Shown here in pieces: positions 1-9,626 of a stretch of DNA of 64,000 bases. Location of the stretch: positions 14,139 through 78,138 of the forward strand of contig JAGLOY010000013.1 in NCBI GenBank assembly GCA_023138735.1. The letters run 5' to 3'. The notes beneath the pieces are model-generated. The model had not been told where the DNA came from. It made no database searches and saw nothing but the letters and a program-made list of their open reading frames with translations. Numbering within the stretch: the first letter of the stretch is position 1; each line of letters starts with the position of its first letter. The stretch comes from Candidatus Aegiribacteria sp. Its GTDB lineage: Bacteria > Fermentibacterota > Fermentibacteria > Fermentibacterales > JCC-6. Both the position numbers and the translations under genes were made by a program.

Positions 1-318
1 CGTCATGAGGCCTGTCTGCACCGGGTAAAGGAAATACTTGCCCCGAAGCGTATCCCAGGTGACGGATACGATCTCAATTTCGGCTATCCTGGTATCGGGA
101 GGAAGGAGAAAGGTTGAAACAGAGGAAGGTAATGAAGGGTAACCCAGACTCTGAAATCCATGCATCGAGCTGGAAATACCATCTATTGAAATCAGATGGT
201 ATTCAGCCCCGTCAACCGTAACAGTATCAACTGATACATCACTGACCGAAGCAGCAGGCTCGAACACGATATCATCGGATACCGTTCCCAGAATAGCCAG
301 AATGATAAGTACTATCAT
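1..318 (-). CDS. Secreted protein, C25 (gingipain-like) propeptide N-terminus; partial, runs off the window
   Basis: Manual translation from ATG 318: MIVLIILAILGTVSDD...GYPSLPSSVSTFLLPPDTRIAEIEIVSVTWDTLRGKYFLYPVQ. Signal peptide plus a Propeptide_C25-like G-x-P-x-LP...LLPP...YP-x-Q pattern; AAGGAG upstream. Confidence 0.6.
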   Translation of the reverse strand, partial: MIVLIILAILGTVSDDIVFEPAASVSDVSVDTVTVDGAEYHLISIDGISSSMHGFQSLGYPSLPSSVSTFLLPPDTRIAEIEIVSVTWDTLRGKYFLYPVQTGLMT

Positions 319-364
319 AAAATCGTTAAACGTCTCCTTTTATACTGCAGGTTCACGCTAGAAT

Positions 365-886
365 CTAAAACAGTTTTCTGGCAAGCGATAGTATAGCATC
401 AAGACCAGAAACCCGATCCGTACGGAGGAGTTCCTTAAGGAAGTTCCCGTCATCTGCTGACACCGCTGTTCCTTCGTCCTCCTTCTCAATAGTGCCCAGA
501 GTAGCAGCAGCAACCGCGGGAAGCATCTTCTTGATCGTTTCGGTGTCTATTCCTGTTTTACTCGAAACAAAACCTGCAACTTCCCGGCTCACATCCTTGT
601 TGCCGAAAATGTGGCCGAGTATGGCGTTACCGTCGGCAAGGGTTTCGCTGCTGCTGAGGGTTTCCGGATTATCCACGTATTCCCGGTGGTTACCTGATCT
701 GACTACACTGAGGAGAGATTCGAGACCGTTACGATCGGCAGTGTTCCGGTCCAGTCCCTTTGATAATGCAGGTACAAGGAGACTTAATGCACTGATGGCT
801 TGATCATCACTGAGCCCGACCAGCTTTGCAAGTTCCTTGACCAATACACCCTTACCAGCACTGACCACGTCACTAAGTAAACTCAT
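365..886 (-). CDS. DUF937-like protein
   Basis: DGNAILGHIFG and TGID...IKKMLP motifs; GGAG RBS. Confidence 0.7.
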   Translation of the reverse strand: MSLLSDVVSAGKGVLVKELAKLVGLSDDQAISALSLLVPALSKGLDRNTADRNGLESLLSVVRSGNHREYVDNPETLSSSETLADGNAILGHIFGNKDVSREVAGFVSSKTGIDTETIKKMLPAVAAATLGTIEKEDEGTAVSADDGNFLKELLRTDRVSGLDAILSLARKLF

Positions 887-1008
887 TTCATCTCCCTTGA
901 CCCGCCTGTATTCTATAATCAGTCAGTTATACAAAATAAACAATACGATGATCTGCATGATCATGTCAATTCAGTACCAGATCCCGCGCTGACACAACGG
1001 GATAATGC

Positions 1009-1038
1009 TTTACATGGACAAGTCTGTCCCGATATAAT
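1009..1038 (+). promoter_or_regulatory. Putative sigma70 promoter of the MFS gene, with a palindrome in the spacer
   Basis: TTTACA (1009)-18 nt-TATAAT (1033). GGACA-agtc-TGTCC at 1016-1029. ATG lies only 7 nt after the -10 box, so the mRNA may be leaderless. Confidence 0.45.
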
Positions 1039-1045
1039 CGTTCCC

Positions 1046-2299
1046 ATGATATTCACCCACCATTGCACACCCGAAACCGGAAAATTAGATCGAGATCAGA
1101 CAAGGATTTTCTGGCTTGTCTTCTCTCTTGTAATACTCAGCTGGATATCGATCAAAATCACGCTGCCGGCCCTGCCGGGTTTCCCGGAGGCTTTCGGATG
1201 CTCCTCAAGCGGAGTGAAAACGTCCGTTTCTCTCTACCTTCTATTCTTTGCCTTCTCGCAGCCTTTCTGGGGAGGAGTTGTTCAGAAGAGCGGATACAGA
1301 AGGGCAGTAGTCCTCAGTTTTATCGTGGCAATGACCGGTAGTATTGTAGCAATGCTGTCATCAAGTTTGCCCGTGTACATTGTTGGAAGAAGTCTTGAGG
1401 GGATCGGTATTGGAGCCGCCTCTCCAGTAGGCCGGACCCTTCTGGTGGATTCATTCGAACGAGCAAAACTGACCTCCAGAATTGGCCTTATCAGCGGCGT
1501 TGCAGCCGTTATGCCCGCTCTTGCACCTATCCTCGGAGTGTACTTGATGATGGTGCTGGGGTGGCGAGCCATTTTTGGCCTGCTTTTCGTTTTGACTCTG
1601 GCGTGGTTCTGTGGAGCGCTAAGATGGCTTCCCCGGTCACACACGAAATCATCGGAAGAAATTCCAGTAATGCATAAAAGTCTACTGAAAATCAACATGA
1701 GCATACTGAAGAATACAGGCTTCTGGGGATTTGCCATCGCGTATGCTTCAATGCTCGGAGGTCTGCTAGGTTACTATTCTGCCATACCATACTGGCTTCA
1801 TGCACAACTTGGAGTGTCTCCCAGTGTATATCCATATCTGGTAATTCCAACTGTGCTCCTGTTTTTAGGAGGTCTGTCTGTTTCGAGTGTTCTGACAAGG
1901 AAGCGAAGGACTGAGGATATACTGTTCGGCGGTCTGCTGAGTTCGTTATTAGCAGCTTCAGCGGCAATCGGACTTATGATCCTTGGTCTGAGAGGAGTAT
2001 GGAGCATAGTTAGTATTATGAGCTTGTACGGCTTCGCGGTAGGGATAGTAACACCACAGGCAAATGCCGGAGTCCTTATCAGGTTCAAGTATGCGGCTGC
2101 CCCGGCGTCAGCTTTGCTTAGTCTGATCATATTTGGTTCGGCCTCACTCACTTCTGCAATCGCCATGAGGTTGACGGTAAGCGGTGCTCTATGGCAGCTT
2201 ACTCTATACATCTGCCTTCTTTCGGTAACTGGTTTACTGGCAGGTTACTTCTGGATATGGCGCCCATCCCGGGCTTCAACCACTTCCTTAGCGCGATGA
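1046..2299 (+). CDS. MFS drug efflux transporter, Bcr/CflA-like
   Basis: About 12 hydrophobic segments; LPALP, GRSLEGIG and APILG motifs. Confidence 0.85.
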   Translation: MIFTHHCTPETGKLDRDQTRIFWLVFSLVILSWISIKITLPALPGFPEAFGCSSSGVKTSVSLYLLFFAFSQPFWGGVVQKSGYRRAVVLSFIVAMTGSIVAMLSSSLPVYIVGRSLEGIGIGAASPVGRTLLVDSFERAKLTSRIGLISGVAAVMPALAPILGVYLMMVLGWRAIFGLLFVLTLAWFCGALRWLPRSHTKSSEEIPVMHKSLLKINMSILKNTGFWGFAIAYASMLGGLLGYYSAIPYWLHAQLGVSPSVYPYLVIPTVLLFLGGLSVSSVLTRKRRTEDILFGGLLSSLLAASAAIGLMILGLRGVWSIVSIMSLYGFAVGIVTPQANAGVLIRFKYAAAPASALLSLIIFGSASLTSAIAMRLTVSGALWQLTLYICLLSVTGLLAGYFWIWRPSRASTTSLAR

Positions 2300-2367
2300 G
2301 CGTGTGGTTTTTATCATCACTCATTAACTGAACAGCATTCTGAATTCGTCGTCAGTATTTCAATGAC

Positions 2368-2396
2368 TTGACACAAGTAGACGACCGGTCTATTAT
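2368..2396 (+). promoter_or_regulatory. Sigma70 promoter containing a NemR-like operator
   Basis: TTGACA (2368)-17 nt-TATTAT (2391). Palindrome TAGAC-gaccg-GTCTA at 2378-2392 resembles the NemR box TAGACC-N4-GGTCTA. Confidence 0.75.
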
Positions 2397-2425
2397 TAAC
2401 ATTGCTTTGGAAAGAGGTTTTCTGA

Positions 2426-3085
2426 ATGACGATAGACACGGAACGGTACATACTTGAAAAGGGTGCCGAGTTAATCAGACGGAACGGCTTCAATAATACG
2501 GGATTGAGTATGATCCTTAAAGCAGCAGGTGTCCCGAGAGGTTCCTTTTACTACTACTTCAAAAACAAGGTGGATTTTGGACTCAGGCTGATCGAATATC
2601 TCCATGACTCAATAAAACCGGTGCTCTACGGGTTCCTGACAGGAGAGTGTGATACCCCGCCTCTGGAAAGATTAAGAGAATTCTTCGCGTACTTCAGGCG
2701 AATCTTCACCAATGAGGAAATCATGTCCGGATGTCCAATAGGCAACATATCTCAGGAGATGGCAGCCTCGAATCCCAGATTCAGGGAGAAGCTTGCCGAT
2801 GTATTCGACAACATTACGAACCCGGTTGTTATTTGCCTCAAGCATGCAGTCGAGAAGGGGGAATTATCCGGGGAAGAGGATGTGCTCTCGCTGGCGAAGT
2901 TCATTGTAAACAGCTGGCAGGGCGCTCTTATCGCACTGAAGGTTAGCGGTACTGCTGAACCGCTGATGATCTTCGAGAGGTTTGTCTTCGATGAGCTGCT
3001 CAGATTCAGAGCGACTGGTGTTCAGGTACCGGAAACTGAAAGAACTAATCTGATGTCATGGGAGTTAACCCGTACAACACCCTAG
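2426..3085 (+). CDS. TetR/AcrR family regulator, NemR-like
   Basis: HTH GFNNTGLSMILKAAGVPRGSFYYYFKNK; GCPIGN and WQGA motifs. Confidence 0.9.
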   Translation: MTIDTERYILEKGAELIRRNGFNNTGLSMILKAAGVPRGSFYYYFKNKVDFGLRLIEYLHDSIKPVLYGFLTGECDTPPLERLREFFAYFRRIFTNEEIMSGCPIGNISQEMAASNPRFREKLADVFDNITNPVVICLKHAVEKGELSGEEDVLSLAKFIVNSWQGALIALKVSGTAEPLMIFERFVFDELLRFRATGVQVPETERTNLMSWELTRTTP

Positions 3086-3135
3086 CAGGAACGAATATGC
3101 GATAGATTGTAAAAACACTATACAGGAGGTTAAAT

Positions 3136-3834
3136 GTGAAAATAACACTTATGACAATGCTGCTTGTAACGAGCTTCATGGTCAATGCCGCTGTCCTCTT
3201 CGAGGATGATTTCAGCGACGGTGATGCTGACGGCTGGCTGGAATGGACCGCTGGATATGCAGTAAATGCACAGTACAATGTGATCGCTGAGGAATACGTA
3301 CTCTCGAACGGCGGGACTGGATGGATACCGGCGGCCTCACATAACGGAGACCAGAGCGGACTGATGAGCACACCGGACTACTCGATAGTTGCCCAGATCA
3401 CGCCTGTGAGCTGTTTTCGGGCAGGGATACTGGCCAGGGGATACATACCTACATTTACCGGGTATCTACTTGTTATCATACCCAGCACTAACACCTTCGG
3501 TATATCAAGACTTACTTCTTCCGGACCGGAGTCGATAACCTCGCTTACTATGCCGCTCTACCATAATCAGACCTACTGGGTGCGATTTCAGGTCGAAGGA
3601 ACCACCATATCAGGCAAGATCTGGCAGGGTACCGCAGGGGACGAGCCAGCGGACTGGCAGCTGACATGTTCGAACTCGCAGTATACCACCGCAGGTAGAA
3701 TGGGCTTCTTCTGCTGCAACTTCGGAACAGAGAAGGCTGTCCTGAATGTGCGATACGACAATGTGTCGATCTCGAACCTCACTACAAATCTCGACTCGAG
3801 CACGTGGGCTTCCATCAAAAGTTCATCGATCTGA
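3136..3834 (+). CDS. Secreted beta-sandwich protein with C-terminal TWxxIK tail
   Basis: Signal peptide; LFEDDFSDG start; ends LDSSTWASIKSSSI; AGGAGG RBS. Confidence 0.8.
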   Translation: MKITLMTMLLVTSFMVNAAVLFEDDFSDGDADGWLEWTAGYAVNAQYNVIAEEYVLSNGGTGWIPAASHNGDQSGLMSTPDYSIVAQITPVSCFRAGILARGYIPTFTGYLLVIIPSTNTFGISRLTSSGPESITSLTMPLYHNQTYWVRFQVEGTTISGKIWQGTAGDEPADWQLTCSNSQYTTAGRMGFFCCNFGTEKAVLNVRYDNVSISNLTTNLDSSTWASIKSSSI

Positions 3835-3856
3835 GTCGTTAACACTGGTTGATCCC

Positions 3857-3883
3857 GGGGGCCTGGCAGTTCTGCCCGGCCCC
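3857..3883 (+). other. GC-rich intergenic hairpin
   Basis: GGGGCCTGGCAG-TT-CTGCCCGGCCCC between co-directional genes; no strong U-tract. Confidence 0.45.
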
Positions 3884-3900
3884 GACTTAAAAGGAGAACA

Positions 3901-4626
3901 ATGCGATTGCATATAGTAACTCTCATAGCTGTAACTGCTTGCCTGGCTTCCTCGGGAGGTCCTGATGGGGGAGGTTACTTCTGGTTCGACAGAGAAGAGA
4001 ATCCGGATTTCTTTAACGATAACTGGATCGATATATCCTCAAGCGGAACGTATATGGGGCCTGGAGACGATACTTACTGGTTCGCCGGAACACTGAGTTT
4101 CGACTTCGTATTCTACGGTGATCTTTCGAACGATATATACATCAGCTCGAACGGTACGATCGTCTTTCGGGATGTATACCTTGGCTGGGGTTTCACTCAC
4201 TTACCTTCCACCAACTCCTGCTGGGTTGATGCGCTCGCAGCGCCCTGGTGGTGCGATCTTGATGCGTCCGAGGAGGGCGGGATCTACTTCCAGGAGTTCA
4301 GCGACCGTTTCATCGTAATGTGGGATGCCGTTCCTCCATGGGTGGAGAGTGGGGCTCCACCTTACTACGTCACATTCATGATGATTGGATGGAATTCACC
4401 AGATGGCGTATCGAATTCCGATATAGCGTTTCTGTATAACTCTTCGTGCAACGAGCCGGAGGGTTCGGGCGGCATGCAGGGTGACCCTGACAACGGGACG
4501 GAGCTTCAATACATGCCCCTGGTCTGCGAGCCGGAAGACTGGTATCTGCTGACCCCGAACCCGGACCCGTTCGGGACAAGCTCTCTGGAAATAACGACCT
4601 GGGCTTCGATAAAGAGCGTCCTGTAG
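3901..4626 (+). CDS. Secreted nidogen/NIDO-like protein with C-terminal TWxxIK tail
   Basis: GGPDGGGY, FDFVFYG, YISSNG and APWWCDL patterns; ends LEITTWASIKSVL. Confidence 0.8.
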   Translation: MRLHIVTLIAVTACLASSGGPDGGGYFWFDREENPDFFNDNWIDISSSGTYMGPGDDTYWFAGTLSFDFVFYGDLSNDIYISSNGTIVFRDVYLGWGFTHLPSTNSCWVDALAAPWWCDLDASEEGGIYFQEFSDRFIVMWDAVPPWVESGAPPYYVTFMMIGWNSPDGVSNSDIAFLYNSSCNEPEGSGGMQGDPDNGTELQYMPLVCEPEDWYLLTPNPDPFGTSSLEITTWASIKSVL

Positions 4627-4658
4627 GCTGAAACTCTATCAATAAGGGGAATTTACTC

Positions 4659-5285
4659 ATGAGTAAAACCATGCTGCTGTTATGTATTATCACACCCGTA
4701 CTTCTTCTTGCGCAGGAAATCAACATTCTACCTGCGCAGGATGCCTATACCTGCGACTGTGCGCCAAACAGTACGAATCCCAATGGCGGGTTCACATATC
4801 TGTATCAGGGACGGGTTGGAAACTGCTACTGCAACTATTACATCGAATGGGATCTCTCCTTCATCGAGCCGGGAACAATTATAGATTCGGCAGAGATCTG
4901 GATATACTGCAAGAGCTTCACAGGAAGCCCGGGAGGGGGGAATCCAGTTTACTACCTGATCAGCGAGTCGTGGGATGAGAACACGATAACGTACAACACT
5001 ATGCCATCCTGGATCGATAGCATCAGCGTTACGACCGACTGGCCAACCTCGTCATCATGGCAAGTCATCGACGTGACAGGATTCGTGCAGGGATGGGTGG
5101 ATGGTACGTTCGAGAACCATGGGATATTCGCGCATGTGGAGGACACGCCTGGTACTTCCTGTCCTGGTTTCTTCTCATCGAATTACTCAATAGCCGATCG
5201 AAAACCCTACCTCCTGGTCACCGGCACCGGCCTCTCTTTTGAACAGATCACCTGGGGTAATGTAAAGGTCCGGGAGAAGCTATAA
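4659..5285 (+). CDS. Secreted DNRLRE/CBM96-like protein with C-terminal TWGxVK tail
   Basis: QDAY..., WDENTITYN, DVTGFVQGWV...NHG and RKPYL patterns; ends FEQITWGNVKVREKL. Confidence 0.8.
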   Translation: MSKTMLLLCIITPVLLLAQEINILPAQDAYTCDCAPNSTNPNGGFTYLYQGRVGNCYCNYYIEWDLSFIEPGTIIDSAEIWIYCKSFTGSPGGGNPVYYLISESWDENTITYNTMPSWIDSISVTTDWPTSSSWQVIDVTGFVQGWVDGTFENHGIFAHVEDTPGTSCPGFFSSNYSIADRKPYLLVTGTGLSFEQITWGNVKVREKL

Positions 5286-5299
5286 ATCCTGGTTTCTCT

Positions 5300-5535
5300 C
5301 CGCATCCACGCGGAAAAATATAAGTATCACTTCTGAAGAGGACTGATAAGTAAAAGGCTGCCGGTGTAAGGGCGATCCCGTCCGAATGTACATCCGGAAG
5401 AACTCCCGCGAAATTCCACGAAACTCCATCGATCTCGATGAGTGTACCCTCCGACATACAGGCGGGGTGATCATCAAGAAGTCTTCTGAACTCCCCGGAG
5501 TAGAGGTTGATTACCATAAGTGCCACCGCGTTTGA
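5300..5535 (-). pseudogene. Fragment of a major royal jelly protein / L-dopachrome tautomerase-related gene
   Basis: ALMVINLYSGEFRRLLDDHP...EIDG..W...VHSDGIALTP, then the frame degrades; no intact start or end. Confidence 0.55.
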
Positions 5536-5714
5536 ATTAGAGAATGAAAAATGGTATAACGATACTAATAATAGACTCACTCAACTTAATTGGAATCGCC
5601 GATTATGAAACTATGTCGTGCTTTATGATAAATATTGACATATTGGTATTAATGTACTAGTTTAAGATCATAGTAAATTGAAAGAATACCCATCGAACTT
5701 ACAAGGAGAGTAAA

Positions 5715-6455
5715 ATGGGCAGGATCACAAGGAAGATAATCAGGATAGATGAGGAAAAATGTGACGGTTGCGGGATCTGCGCTGACGCGTGTCACGAGGG
5801 AGCCATTCAGATAATCGATGGCAAGGCCAAACTTGTTAAGGATTCATATTGCGACGGTCTTGGAGATTGCATCGGTCCATGTCCTCAGGATGCTATAACC
5901 ATTGAGGAGCGTTTCGCTGATGAGTACGATGAAGCTGCCGTACAGAAACACCTTGAGGAGCGGGATTCATCTTCTGCACCTGCGAAGCCTGTTGTATGCG
6001 CATGCCCCGGATCGGCAGTAAGAGAACTCACGCATCCTGCTGAACCTGTAGAAACAACCGTTTCAGCTGACGTACAGTCCCGTTTATCGACATGGCCGGT
6101 ACAGATAACTCTTGTTCCTCCGAACGCGCCGTTCCTCAGCGATTCAGATCTTCTGATCGCTGCTGACTGTGTTCCCTTTGCCTTTCCCGACTTCCATAAC
6201 CGTTTCATTAAGGGGAGGGTCGCTCTTGTGGGGTGTCCCAAACTTGATGATGCGGGATACTACACCGATAAGTTAACGGAGATTTTCAAAATGAACACGA
6301 TCAATTCCATAACGGTTGTGTATATGGAAGTCCCCTGCTGCGGTGGTCTTGTTCAGGTTGTGCACAAAGCCCTCATTCAGTCAGGGAAGCAGATCCCCCT
6401 TTCCTTCCTGAAGATTGGTATCAAAGGTGATATTCTGGACGAAATGAATCTCTAG
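5715..6455 (+). CDS. 4Fe-4S dicluster protein with C-terminal Cys-rich domain
   Basis: CDGCGICADACHEGAI, CDGLGDCIGPCP, CPGS, AADC, GCPKLDD, MEVPCCGG. Confidence 0.9.
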   Translation: MGRITRKIIRIDEEKCDGCGICADACHEGAIQIIDGKAKLVKDSYCDGLGDCIGPCPQDAITIEERFADEYDEAAVQKHLEERDSSSAPAKPVVCACPGSAVRELTHPAEPVETTVSADVQSRLSTWPVQITLVPPNAPFLSDSDLLIAADCVPFAFPDFHNRFIKGRVALVGCPKLDDAGYYTDKLTEIFKMNTINSITVVYMEVPCCGGLVQVVHKALIQSGKQIPLSFLKIGIKGDILDEMNL

Positions 6456-6581
6456 ATAATAATGTATATAGATACATGATAAGGATATGTACAATATTTG
6501 GGAACTATTTCCTAGTAAATTGGTATATAATTATCGGTTCCCATTTTTAATGATGGAAGTTAAAAGAATCAGGGAGGAACC

Positions 6582-7850
6582 GTGCGAATAACTGTCATAA
6601 CTATCCTGCTTGTATCAGCCGCTATGGCTTTAGGCGAAGAGAGTCTTGAAGCCAGCCCGGGAGTGTTGTGGGAATACGCTCTTGCTCATTCAGACATGAT
6701 GCATTCGATGGATAACCTTATCGTCAGTTCGACCATGATCCGGGAAGCTTCCGGTCGCCTGCCCGATCCATCTGCAAGGTTTGGATGGTCGCCTCTTCCA
6801 CTGGAGACGAGGAACGGACCTGTGCTTTTCTCGCTCACATTCATGCAGAGGATTCCATGGCCCGGGTTTCTTTCCCGGGAACGATCTCTCGCTTCGACAG
6901 GTGTTGACCTGGCCACTTTGAACCGGGATCTGACTGCTCTTGAATTGCGATCATCAACAGCTGAACTATGGTCGGAGATGTACCTGGTGCGAAGCAGGAT
7001 GGAGTTTCTGGAAGGAGAATTGGCAAGGCTCCAGATTCTTCTTGCGGCAGCATCCGCAAAATACGAAACAGGGGTAGTAAGTCTCTCAGATCTGCTCCGG
7101 CTGGAAAACAGGCTAGCAATGCTGGAAGCGGATCAATATCGGATGGATCTCGATATGGAATCGCTCAACAACGAAATGAACAGTCTTCTCGGCCGATCTA
7201 TGGGTGAAGGTTTCCGCTGGACAGAATCGCTTCCCGGTGTTGAAAATTTCATGCAATACAACTATTCCGCTGTCGACGTAACCGATTTCCCGCTTGCGAG
7301 GAAAAGCGCAATTGAGGTTGAGATAGCAAGGTCCGCTGAAGAACTGAGCGCAGAGCGCCTGCGTCCTTCATTTGAGGTTGGGGTTACCTGGTCGGTGATT
7401 GACAAGCCGGTGATCGAAATGGGAGCGGTTGAAGAGGGAGGCGATGGACTGATGATCTTTGCCGGCCTCAGCCTTCCGCTCGGTTACAGCGGAAATAGCT
7501 ACAGACACAGAGCAGCACAATCCTCTTCATCGGCAGCCCTGCTGCTTCATTCGCAGAAGCTCGCCGACCTTGCTTCCAGGAGGGCGGACCTGATGGCAAC
7601 TGTTGAGGGGCTGATAAACATGTACTCTACGTATGAGACCGATATATTGCCGAACCTTGAGATGATCCTGTCTCTTACTGAAAGAGAATGGATGACAGGT
7701 GCAAAGAGTTTGATAGATGTGATCGAAGTACTAAGTGAATCCAGGACCGCTCATCTTGAAATGAACAGGATCTATTCACAAATCGTTGTCTCTGCAGCAA
7801 AGTTGAAAGAACTGACAGGGGACACAACAGAGAGAGGTGAATTTCTATGA
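6582..7850 (+). CDS. TolC/CusC-family outer membrane efflux protein
   Basis: Signal peptide; LPDP, QRIPWPG and helical repeats; first gene of an RND cluster. Confidence 0.8.
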   Translation: MRITVITILLVSAAMALGEESLEASPGVLWEYALAHSDMMHSMDNLIVSSTMIREASGRLPDPSARFGWSPLPLETRNGPVLFSLTFMQRIPWPGFLSRERSLASTGVDLATLNRDLTALELRSSTAELWSEMYLVRSRMEFLEGELARLQILLAAASAKYETGVVSLSDLLRLENRLAMLEADQYRMDLDMESLNNEMNSLLGRSMGEGFRWTESLPGVENFMQYNYSAVDVTDFPLARKSAIEVEIARSAEELSAERLRPSFEVGVTWSVIDKPVIEMGAVEEGGDGLMIFAGLSLPLGYSGNSYRHRAAQSSSSAALLLHSQKLADLASRRADLMATVEGLINMYSTYETDILPNLEMILSLTEREWMTGAKSLIDVIEVLSESRTAHLEMNRIYSQIVVSAAKLKELTGDTTERGEFL

Positions 7851-8293
7851 AAAAGATAGCAACGAAGTTCGGAACCGCCATCCTCATCGGGATTATTGCG
7901 GCGATATTCATAAGGGGTGTTGCAGGAAATGAAGCAAGCCACGAAGATGAGATTGATATCTCACAGGCCGCAGCGGGTGTTGTTACCGCAGAGAGTCCGG
8001 AAGAGGTAGAAGAGAGTACTCCGGAAGACGTGATCGACCTGAATAATACACTCTGTCCTGTTATGGGCGGAGAAGTAATGGATGGTCAGTATGTCGACTG
8101 GGAAGGATTCCGTGTGCATTTCTGCTGCGGTGGGTGCGATGCTCGGTTCCTCGCTGAACCGGAGAAATACCTGCCCATTCTGGCGGAGGAGGCTGCGGTT
8201 GCTGAATTGCTTGGTATCGAATGCGGGAGCTGCTACCCCGAAGACTGCAGCTGCGAACAGCCCCAATCCTCAAGCAGCGGCAGCTGTCACTAA
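7847..8293 (+). CDS. YHS-like metal-binding protein
   Basis: NTLCPVMG...VHFCCGGCDARF..EPEKY; Cys-rich tail; ATGA overlap with the upstream gene. Confidence 0.8.
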   Translation: MKKIATKFGTAILIGIIAAIFIRGVAGNEASHEDEIDISQAAAGVVTAESPEEVEESTPEDVIDLNNTLCPVMGGEVMDGQYVDWEGFRVHFCCGGCDARFLAEPEKYLPILAEEAAVAELLGIECGSCYPEDCSCEQPQSSSSGSCH

Positions 8294-8321
8294 CTGCTTA
8301 GTAACAGAAAGCGGGTGAGAT

Positions 8322-9617
8322 GTGTTTTTAAATGCCGGCAGTAGGAGGATGCTATCGATCATGATCACCGGGGTGATAATCGGTCTGCTCTTCGGATTCC
8401 TGCTGCCATGGGGGTGGCTGTTCCAGAGCCCTGAAGAAGAACATGATCACCAGGGAAGTGCAGACCTGCCGGAAAGCTGGGCCTGCCCAATGCTCTGCGT
8501 TGTCCTTGATCATCCCGGTACATGCCCGGTATGCGGCATGGAACTCGAAGCGTTCATCAGTACCGGAGATGAAGTTGTTCTTTCAAGGCATGATCAGGCA
8601 ATGCTCGATCTTACGATCGGGGTAACAACAGTCAGGGATCTCACCACCCGATTTACAGCTCCCGGACTCATAGAGTTTGACGGGACAGGACTCTACTCCG
8701 TAACAGCCTGGACAGGGGGCAGGATCGAAAACCTGTATGTGGATTCCCAGGGAGAGCATATTTCGGGCGGCGCAGTCATTGCCGGCATCTACTCTCCGGA
8801 ACTCTATGCTGCCAAGCAGGAGCTGCTTGTATTATCTCAAGCCGGAAAAACATTTGAAGACTTCGGTGTGACCCTTGCAGCTGAAAAACTCCGGCTTCTT
8901 GGAGCGCCGGAATACGTGATCAGGCAGATTATCGAAAGAGGAGATGTAAGTACGGTATCTAATGTGATCTCACCTGTTTCAGGAACTGTTACCGCAATTC
9001 ATGTTCGAGAAGGAGAATATGTTTCGACAGGACACATCCTGCTGGAGCTGGCGGACATTTCAACGGTCTGGCTCACGGTCTATCTGACCGAGGAGCAATC
9101 CGGCCTTGTCAGTACAGGGCATGAACTGGAATTCTCGATCGACTCCGAGCCTGCAAAAATCTTCTCCGCTGTAATCGATTCAGTTGATCCCTTTCTGGAT
9201 CAGCCTGGCGGCGGTTTTGAAGCAAGAATCATACTGGATAACGCTTCGGGGGAATTCCTTCCCGGTCAGTCGGCAGCTGCAACTATCATTAATGGAGAGC
9301 ATCCCGGGACTGTTCTCTCGGTTCCAAGAGGAAGCGTTCTCGCTCTGGGTTCGCGATCAGTTGTTTATGTGATGACTGGGCCAACCACTTACGTGGAAGG
9401 CGACAACGGATCCCTCCGTATCGAAGAGGCCAGGTTCGAACCCGTGCAAATCACAGTCGGCCCTCTCGCTGCTGACAGCACGGGGGAAGTTTTCTATCCC
9501 GTCTATGCCGGTCTTTCGGAGGGTGACGTTGTTGCTCTGAAAGGTGCTTTTCTGATCGACTCTCAGGCAGAACTGCTCGGACTCCCATCTCTATTCAACT
9601 CTGAAATGGCAGAGTAG
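8322..9617 (+). CDS. cusB: CusB-like RND periplasmic adaptor with N-terminal heavy-metal-binding motif
   Basis: WACPM...PGTCPVCGMEL, YSPEL, FLIDSQ. Confidence 0.85.
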   Translation: MFLNAGSRRMLSIMITGVIIGLLFGFLLPWGWLFQSPEEEHDHQGSADLPESWACPMLCVVLDHPGTCPVCGMELEAFISTGDEVVLSRHDQAMLDLTIGVTTVRDLTTRFTAPGLIEFDGTGLYSVTAWTGGRIENLYVDSQGEHISGGAVIAGIYSPELYAAKQELLVLSQAGKTFEDFGVTLAAEKLRLLGAPEYVIRQIIERGDVSTVSNVISPVSGTVTAIHVREGEYVSTGHILLELADISTVWLTVYLTEEQSGLVSTGHELEFSIDSEPAKIFSAVIDSVDPFLDQPGGGFEARIILDNASGEFLPGQSAAATIINGEHPGTVLSVPRGSVLALGSRSVVYVMTGPTTYVEGDNGSLRIEEARFEPVQITVGPLAADSTGEVFYPVYAGLSEGDVVALKGAFLIDSQAELLGLPSLFNSEMAE

Positions 9618-9626
9618 TAGAATGTT

